A DNA stretch of 63,372 nucleotides, the filler included, from Ionaspis alba (lineage: Eukaryota), in the NCBI GenBank assembly GCA_964255285.1. It is 4 parts of 4 records of this genome, joined end to end, with 100 filler letters (N's around TTAATTAATTAA, not from the genome) between each part and the next. Parts side by side here need not be neighbours in the genome. Positions count along the whole stretch, not along the records: positions 47,641 to 63,372 come from CAXUUL010000365.1; 3 more parts are not named here. One strand, given 5' to 3'. A program made the translations under genes and the position numbers. Within the stretch, counting starts at the first letter, position 1, and every line of letters begins with the position of its first letter. Below are positions 56,744 through 63,372 of this stretch, in pieces. The notes beneath the pieces were generated by a model that made no database searches, had not been told where the DNA came from, and was given only the letters and a program-made list of their open reading frames with translations.

Positions 56744-57655
56744 ATGCTGCAACCTCTTTTCCGTCTCCTTTTCAACGCACACACTGCCTTTCCCCCAACA
56801 GCCTCAACCACTGCCGCCTGGTCCGCTACAGATCCTGTCAGCTCCGCTCTCGACCTTCTCCCTTCACATGAAAAAGCCGCTGTACTCCGCTTTCACTTTC
56901 CAAGAGATGCTGCTCTCTCCCTGGGCTCCTTCCTACTAAAGCATCTAGCAATTGTGCATGCCATAGGCGTCACGTGGGCTGAAAGCGTCGTTGAGGCAAA
57001 CCGGAATGTCAACAACGGAAAACCGTTCTACGGGCTCGGAGGTGTGCAGTTCAACGTCAGTCATCATGGAGCAATGGTCGTGCTCGTTGCTTCAGTGGAA
57101 CCGGAAGTAAACGTAGGAATTGATGTTGTGAAAATAGACCTTGAGCGAGACATGGCGGCGATTAGTAGGGCTGGAGGATGGACGAGTTGGGTCAGAATTT
57201 TCCAAGATGTGTTCAGTGAAGAAGAGATAAGGGAGATCATTGCGGGAGACCTGGGTACGCCGCAAGAGGCGTTGGAGAAAAGTTTGAGACGATTTTATGC
57301 ATTCTGGGCGCTCAAAGAGGCGTATATCAAAATGACAGGGGAGGCGTTGATGGCGGACTGGTTGAGAGATTTGGAGTTTAAGAGGGTAACAGTACCAAAG
57401 CCGGTGGAAGCTGATGGTGGGATGAATGGCATCGAGTGCTGGGGCGAAGTGCTTTATGATTTCGAGGTATGGCTTCGTGGAAACATGGTGGAAAATGTGA
57501 GGATGGAATTAGTGGCGCTGGGAAGGGAGTATATGGTGGCTACTGCTGTGGAGGGAGGTGAAAAAACGGGCTTCTCGAGCTTTTTGGAGATCGAGGTCGG
57601 GACGGATGTTTTGCCGGTTGCTACGAAATGGGATACTTGGAATGACAAGACGTGA
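56744..57655 (+). CDS. npgA: Sfp-type 4'-phosphopantetheinyl transferase (NpgA/Lys5/Ppt1)
   Basis: GKP, FNVSHHG, VGIDVV and FWALKEAYIKMTGEAL motifs; intronless. Confidence 0.92.
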   Translation: MLQPLFRLLFNAHTAFPPTASTTAAWSATDPVSSALDLLPSHEKAAVLRFHFPRDAALSLGSFLLKHLAIVHAIGVTWAESVVEANRNVNNGKPFYGLGGVQFNVSHHGAMVVLVASVEPEVNVGIDVVKIDLERDMAAISRAGGWTSWVRIFQDVFSEEEIREIIAGDLGTPQEALEKSLRRFYAFWALKEAYIKMTGEALMADWLRDLEFKRVTVPKPVEADGGMNGIECWGEVLYDFEVWLRGNMVENVRMELVALGREYMVATAVEGGEKTGFSSFLEIEVGTDVLPVATKWDTWNDKT

Positions 57656-58424
57656 AGATTGATTACAAGTGGCCAGTCCCCCTTCCTACCCTTGTTCGAT
57701 GGCACACTGCATGACTGTTAGATCCTGTGGGCCTTAAGACCCAAACGATCAGGGACTGAAAGAGCCATGGACAAGCATCAGCCTGGGTTAGCTCTCTGAA
57801 TGCAAGTTGCAGTCCGGGGCTAGCTAGCTCAGCGGTCGGTTTCCGCTTCAATGGACTCTGCCGGACTTTACCCACCGCCAATGCCGTGGTACAGGTCATC
57901 AATGCGGTTTCGAGGATCGAACAACTCTCAGATCTTCGCAAAATGGCAGGCAGAGTATGGAATTAGAGCGTACGAACTCCATTCGAGCCTGATCATGCAA
58001 GACATGCTGTACAAAAACCATCCGAGTCAAACTACAAAGGCCCAGGTCCTCGATCTCTAGTGTACTTCATGACCAATTAGAGGCGCTGAATGTCAGGGAG
58101 AAGCGAGACAGACTTGCAAACCAGCATAGACTAAGAATGGTCTCAGGCTCATGGGTCTTGGTATAAATTTAGATATTGAATTCATCTGTATGGATCTACA
58201 GATCAACGAAGCCAAAAAATTGATGCGAAAGCGAATAGTGAGAATTTATCTATCAATTAGACGACCTTGACGAGTTGTTGGGGTTCAAAACTTTGAAATA
58301 TATTGGTCATGCTCTTGGAAATTAGGGTTGATGTCAGCGCCAAGGCTTTGATCTCGGTTGAGTCAGACAAAACAGATTTCAACAATATTCAAAGCACAAC
58401 ATCCACGTTCCCTCGCCACCTCTA

Positions 58425-59386
58425 ATGACCACAACAATATTAGTGGGTGTCTTAGCCCTTCAAGGAGCTTTCCATGAGCACATCAAGCTTCTCCAACAGG
58501 CCTCCATTGTCCTGCGGTCGAGTAAGGTTAGTGGCATTGTATGGCAATTTATTGAAGTCCGTAATCCTGGCGAGCTGTCACAATGTGATGCTCTGATCAT
58601 CCCAGGTGGAGAAAGTACTACCATGTCTCTTGTGGCTGAGAGATCGGGTTTATTGGAGCCTTTGCGGGAATTCGTCAAGTATGTATCGGCATTTTGCTTC
58701 TCGGTTAACTTTGATATTTGTCTCTATCTGTATTTGTGATGATTGCTATGTCTCTGTACGGGTATGGAGAGCTGATTGAATGTAGAGTACAACGCAAGCC
58801 AACTTGGGGAACATGTGCTGGCTTGATCCTACTTGCCGAGTCTGCAAATCGGACCAAGAAAGGAGGTCAGGAGCTCATTGGAGGGCTCGATGTCAGAGTC
58901 AGTAGGAATTTCTTCGGTAGGCAGACGGAGAGTTTCGAAGCGGAGCTAGACTTGGAATTTTTATCCAAAACCAAGGTATCCAACGAAGATGATGAAGGGG
59001 TATGGCCGTTCCAGGGCATCTTTATACGAGCGCCTGTTGTCGATAAGATACTGCCAAGTGTGACCGGAGAGCAAGCTGATGAGGCGGAGAGAGACGACAC
59101 TGTTGTTGCACCGTCCAAGACACCCGCTACGAAAGCCGCGAAGCAAGTGGTTGGCAGGCCAGTCGAGATCATGGCTACCCTTCCAGGCAGAAAAGCCAGA
59201 GCAGATTTGGCACTATGGAGGGAATTTTCGAACAACGAGACTAGTGATATTGTTGCTGTGAGACAAGGGAACGTCTTTGGCACGAGTTTCCATCCAGAGC
59301 TTACCCAAGATGCGAGGATACACGTTTGGTGGCTGGAGCAAGTTGCCGAGGCTGTTGAAACAAGAACTACGATGGAGAATATCTGA
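58425..59386 (+). CDS. SNO1: Pyridoxal 5'-phosphate synthase glutaminase subunit (Pdx2/Sno1)
   Basis: GVLALQGAFHEH, PGGESTTM, WGTCAGLI, RNFFGRQ, FIRAP and FHPELT; intron 58679-58785. Confidence 0.96.
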
Positions 59387-59557
59387 TAGAAGATCTGAGT
59401 CTGCATAGCGTTGGTGTTACAGTTAAATGTCCAGGGAATCTACAATTTTATATTAGACCTAGACTATACATCAATCTGGCCATCTGCACAATGTTGTATC
59501 CCCCCTTCCGATCGCCGGACTCCTCGCTAGAAAGAATGTAGGTTGAGTTCCCCTCCC

Positions 59558-60349
59558 TCATCTCCCTCGCCCGTAACTCTCTTCCTCCTTGACACGTTCA
59601 TCGGCGATAGCCCGGCCGTATCCACCTCGACCTGGATCATATTCGTCTCTGTATTCATCTCGAACTTGTCCACCGGATTTGCCCCGTCTGTGAAGGACGG
59701 ATCAGCTACTGACAGACTGACTTCAGAGAATTTAGGATAGGTCATACCCATATTGTCGACCTTCTTGAAAACCAGGGTCAAGATCTGTTCTTATTATCCG
59801 TTCATCTAGCTTTGTGCCTCCAATATATTTCATGCAATCCAAAGCATCCTGATGCGTATAGTATTCCACGAAGCAAAACCCGCAAGGTGTCTTGTTAAAT
59901 CGGTCTAAGCCCATTACTAGCCTCTTGATCTCACCGCATCTGAGAATTGTCAGGTTTGAATGAGCCCAGACTTTGTAGGGGGGGCTCACTTCGCAAACAG
60001 TTCATGGATCTGTTCCTCGGTAGTGTAAAAGGATCTATCTTTATATGAGCCCCAATCGCCAATTGCCTCGAGGCGCAAAGCGATGCAACGAACAAATTGC
60101 CAACATATAAAGTCGTGGCATCTTTTAGTGGATCCTCTGGTTCCTCAGCGGTTTTATCTGTGTCTTCTCGATCGTCCCGGTCTCTTTCATGCTTGCGCTT
60201 CTTGTTCTGGAAGAGGGATTATTTTAGAAGCGGTTTCAACAAGACTCTAGAGCTCAAGAATTCCCATGCTCGGGGTGACCTACCTTACCAAGATAATACG
60301 CACTTGGCTTGTCAAGCCTATCGACAGTATCTCGTACAGCAGTAGGCAT
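59558..60349 (-). CDS. CBC2: Nuclear cap-binding protein subunit 2 (CBP20)
   Basis: [65 protein letters not shown] and TGA at 59558-59560; multi-exon. Confidence 0.95.
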
Positions 60350-60591
60350 TCTGGGTGTTTGACTTGAAGATTACCAAAGTGAAGGCGCAGATGTTCTGGG
60401 CAAAGCAATTGGCGGAAAATGATCCGCTCTTTAAGCAACCTCGTGCCAAGATTGATTCAAAAGCTTGGCGCGTTCCGCGTTTGCTCTACCGGACTAGCTA
60501 CGTGCCTTTGGGGCTTCAAGATCAGTCAAGCCATAGAAAGGTCACCTTCCATGCCAGAAATTCCCGAGAAGATAACCGAGTGAGGGACGGA

Positions 60592-63372
60592 ATGCCAAAA
60601 ATACTTAGTTACACCCCGGCCTGGCTTTCCAGGCCAAGTTCTGGCTTTGATCTCTTCTCCTCGAAGGTAAAATCATCGACGCCTAGCACTTCAGACTTCA
60701 TAGGTCCGAGACGAACGATTGCTCGGCGCGGAACAGAGATATTTGTTGTCGTGGACAACACAATCCGATGGGCCGATTTGTGCATGTTCAAAGATGACTG
60801 GGAAAGACACGACCGGGAAAGAAAACACCTTTCCAGGCGCAGGAATGAACAGCCCAATGGCCACATGAACGATGATGTGAAGGACAGCAACTACAGAGTA
60901 AGCTTCCCATGTGTCTGCCACTATGATGGAGCTTATACTGCTTTCGACAGACTCTGAAGGTCCCCGTCAGTGAGCAAATACGGCAGCTCGTGATTTCTCC
61001 CAACGAGGAGCTTCTCGCCATCTTGACCTCCCATACCGTACATGTTGCAACTCTTCCTGATTCTTCGTATCTGGAGCAGCCTGATACTGGGCCCATACGA
61101 CTGAAAACTCATACCCTGGGACCAACCACTCATGTCTTGTCACAACCTCCGGTCATCAGTGCCCTCTGGCATCCTCTTGGCGTCAATGGAGAGTGTATGG
61201 TAACAGTGACTGCAGAGGCCGTTGTCCGACTTTGGGAGCTGAACAAAGACAATCGTTGGTCGTTCGACAGTCCTGCATTGGCCTTCGATCTACGAAAGCT
61301 TCAACATGGTACATCAGCTACAGACGACTTCAGCGCTTCAAGGATTGGTGACAACAGAGGCTTTTCGGTTGATGCTTTGGACATGGAGGTTGCAGCAGCA
61401 TGCTTTGGCGGGACTGGCTCTGAAACAGAGTGTGGATGGTCACCAATGACGCTCTGGGTTGCCATGACGGCAGGCGATGTGTACGCGCTGTGTCCCCTCT
61501 TGCCTTCGAGATGGGAGCCTCCGATGTCTCTTATCCCCAGTCTAACGACTACTGTTGCTGCTAAATTTGCTTATCGGCAGGAGGAGTCACTATCTCTCGA
61601 AGAACAAAGACAGTGTGACGATCAGTACCAGTGGCTGACGGCAATCGATAAACAAGAACCTCTCCATGGAGCGAAGGAGTTCATCACTGAGCCAGAATAT
61701 CTAATCTACGAACGTCCTTCGAAACCTGGACCTATTCCTAGACTCCAGGGACCTTTTCGTATTCTACCAGATGATGTAGAGGAAGATCTAGAGTTATCTG
61801 ATATTCATGTTATTGCATCCAAAATCGATTCAGATGACCTCATGGACGAGGAAGAAGAAATGTCTGATACGGAACTGGAAGCAAGTATATCTGCCACTGT
61901 TGTCAATTTATTGACAAGAAATGGGAGGGTCTACGTGTGCCTCGATTTAGATGGGATTGAGGCTCAATGGCTGCCTCCCAAGAAAGTGAGTCCCAGTCAT
62001 GGTTCCTAAAGCTTTGTTATATACTGACCAGGACAAATCAGTCCAGACCTAATTCTTTGTCAGAGTCAACTCCTCAGCCGGAGTTAATTCTACTGGAAGC
62101 TCTAGAAACTCTACGAGCAGATGATGTTTCGAGTATAGAATGGCCGACGTTCAGCCCCGATACTCACTCCCGTTACTCCTTTTTCACCAGTCACAGCAAA
62201 GGCATTTTTTTCTTTTCATGTCAACCTTGGCTGGAGAAGTTCGATCGCGAGCTGCAGAGCGAGAATGTGGACGGACTTGCTTTTCGCATTAACGTCGTTA
62301 TCAAGGGATCTGGCACACTTCGAGAGCGTGTCTTACGCCTAGAACGAGCCGAAGACGACAAACAGCCAGTCATCGTCGCAAATCCGATCATCATCCAAGA
62401 CTCAGATCTCGGCTACTTTCTCTTGACGACCTTCGACGGAGACCCTCGAGTCGTCATATTTGATGATCCGCAGGAAGGATCTCCCCTAGGCCTGAACGAC
62501 AGCCCTGGGGAGCGCTACGAAGCCGGTATGAGACTTCTCTCCATGGTTCCTGCAACGCCTCCTTACCAGCCTCCACCGTCTCTCTGGCTGCCTTCGGCTC
62601 TTCCTTCTTTCTTGAACAAGCATGGCCATGGCCGTTACAAGATGCTTGCAAACGAGGAGATCCGGATGTCATCAGCGACACTCGACGCCATGACTGAGGC
62701 ACATCGATTGATCAGCCACGAAACCCATCAACTTGGTCTTGCAGCTGCCGACATTTTCCGTCGTTGCGATCGCCTTCGACAGCAGCTGAGTGATCAGATC
62801 AAACGAGTCAATGACGCCGCTGTCAAGATTGAGGCGTTGAATGATGAAGATGCGGATGACTACGAGGAGCATGACGAGGAGCATGAGAGGAGAAGGGGAA
62901 GCGCTAAGATCGAGGCGAGATTGAAGGCTGCCAAGGAGAGACAAGAGCGTATTAGGGAGCGGTATGAGGCGTTGAAGAAGAAGTCTGCCAAGCTTGATGT
63001 CAGAGAGCTGAGTGATAAGGAGAAGGCATGGTTGGAAGAGGTCAAAAAGGTGGAATCCTCGGTTTTAAAGCCTGAGAACAGAGAGGAAGAGGATGAGAAA
63101 GTTGCTAACGAGCCATGGCATCGATACTCCCGGGTTTGTCAGAAGCTTCAGATGGAGAGAGTCGCTGCTGACCAACTAACTTGCAGGTCCATACCTTAGC
63201 AACTGAGCTGATCGCTCAAGCTAAGGAACTTTCGAGCCACGATTCGCCAGGAACGAACGGTGAAGCGGCTTTTAAGGTCCCTCCTGACATACGCAAAGTC
63301 AAGGTGTCTCAAGTTATGACTCTACTTGAACGGGAGTATGTTACCAGCTTTGCCCTTTGCCACAGTCACCCT
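60592..63372 (+). CDS. NUP82: Nucleoporin Nup82/Nup88 (3' end runs off the window)
   Basis: MPKILSYTPAWLSRPSSGFDLF, ARRGTEIFV, ALWHPLG, WSPMTLWVAMTAGDVYALCPLLP beta-propeller and a C-terminal coiled coil. Introns include 60898-60950 and 61986-62041. Confidence 0.88.

Noticed and set aside
58737..58775. Box C (GTGATGA) and box D (CTGA) in the SNO1 intron as a snoRNA
   Set aside because: They are under 40 nt apart, and the CTGA is the branch site.
56744..59386. PPTase plus SNO1 as a secondary-metabolite or vitamin cluster
   Set aside because: Both are typically housekeeping genes, and no PKS/NRPS or PDX1/SNZ partner is adjacent.

Overview
This is fungal nuclear DNA (Ascomycota, Pezizomycotina), judged from short GT-AG introns with CTRAY branch sites and Pezizomycotina-type protein sequences; the class cannot be fixed without a search. 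The window is not contiguous. It consists of four ~15.7-15.8 kb pieces in decreasing size order, joined by artificial N44-TTAATTAATTAA-N44 linkers, with one further 100-N gap. Content is mostly gene-dense housekeeping. Recognisable genes are glucosidase II beta, a cytochrome b561, RTF2, an EasG/NmrA-like reductase (partial), a divergent histone H3/H4 pair, an RPN4-like C2H2 factor, pentafunctional ARO1, a biuret/guanylurea-hydrolase-like enzyme, CSN1, a TRM61-family methyltransferase, a monoglyceride-lipase-like hydrolase, ATP16, NAT3, eIF3a, RTT103, TLG2, calmodulin, MED20, NudE, a PPTase, SNO1/PDX2, CBP20 and NUP82 (partial). There are also several hypothetical proteins and one FtsJ-like methyltransferase pseudogene. 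I spliced the gene models by hand, and family calls are from recalled motifs with no database search. I found no CRISPR array, tRNA, rRNA, transposase or novel multi-gene system. The best leads are smaller in scale: a 17-bp RNA stem with G-U pairs in an ATP16 intron, a guanylurea-hydrolase-like signature in a fungal enzyme, H3 carrying S28A and S/T80A, two uORFs ahead of RPN4, several odd splice-site choices, and a recurrent GCCAAG motif in compact promoters.
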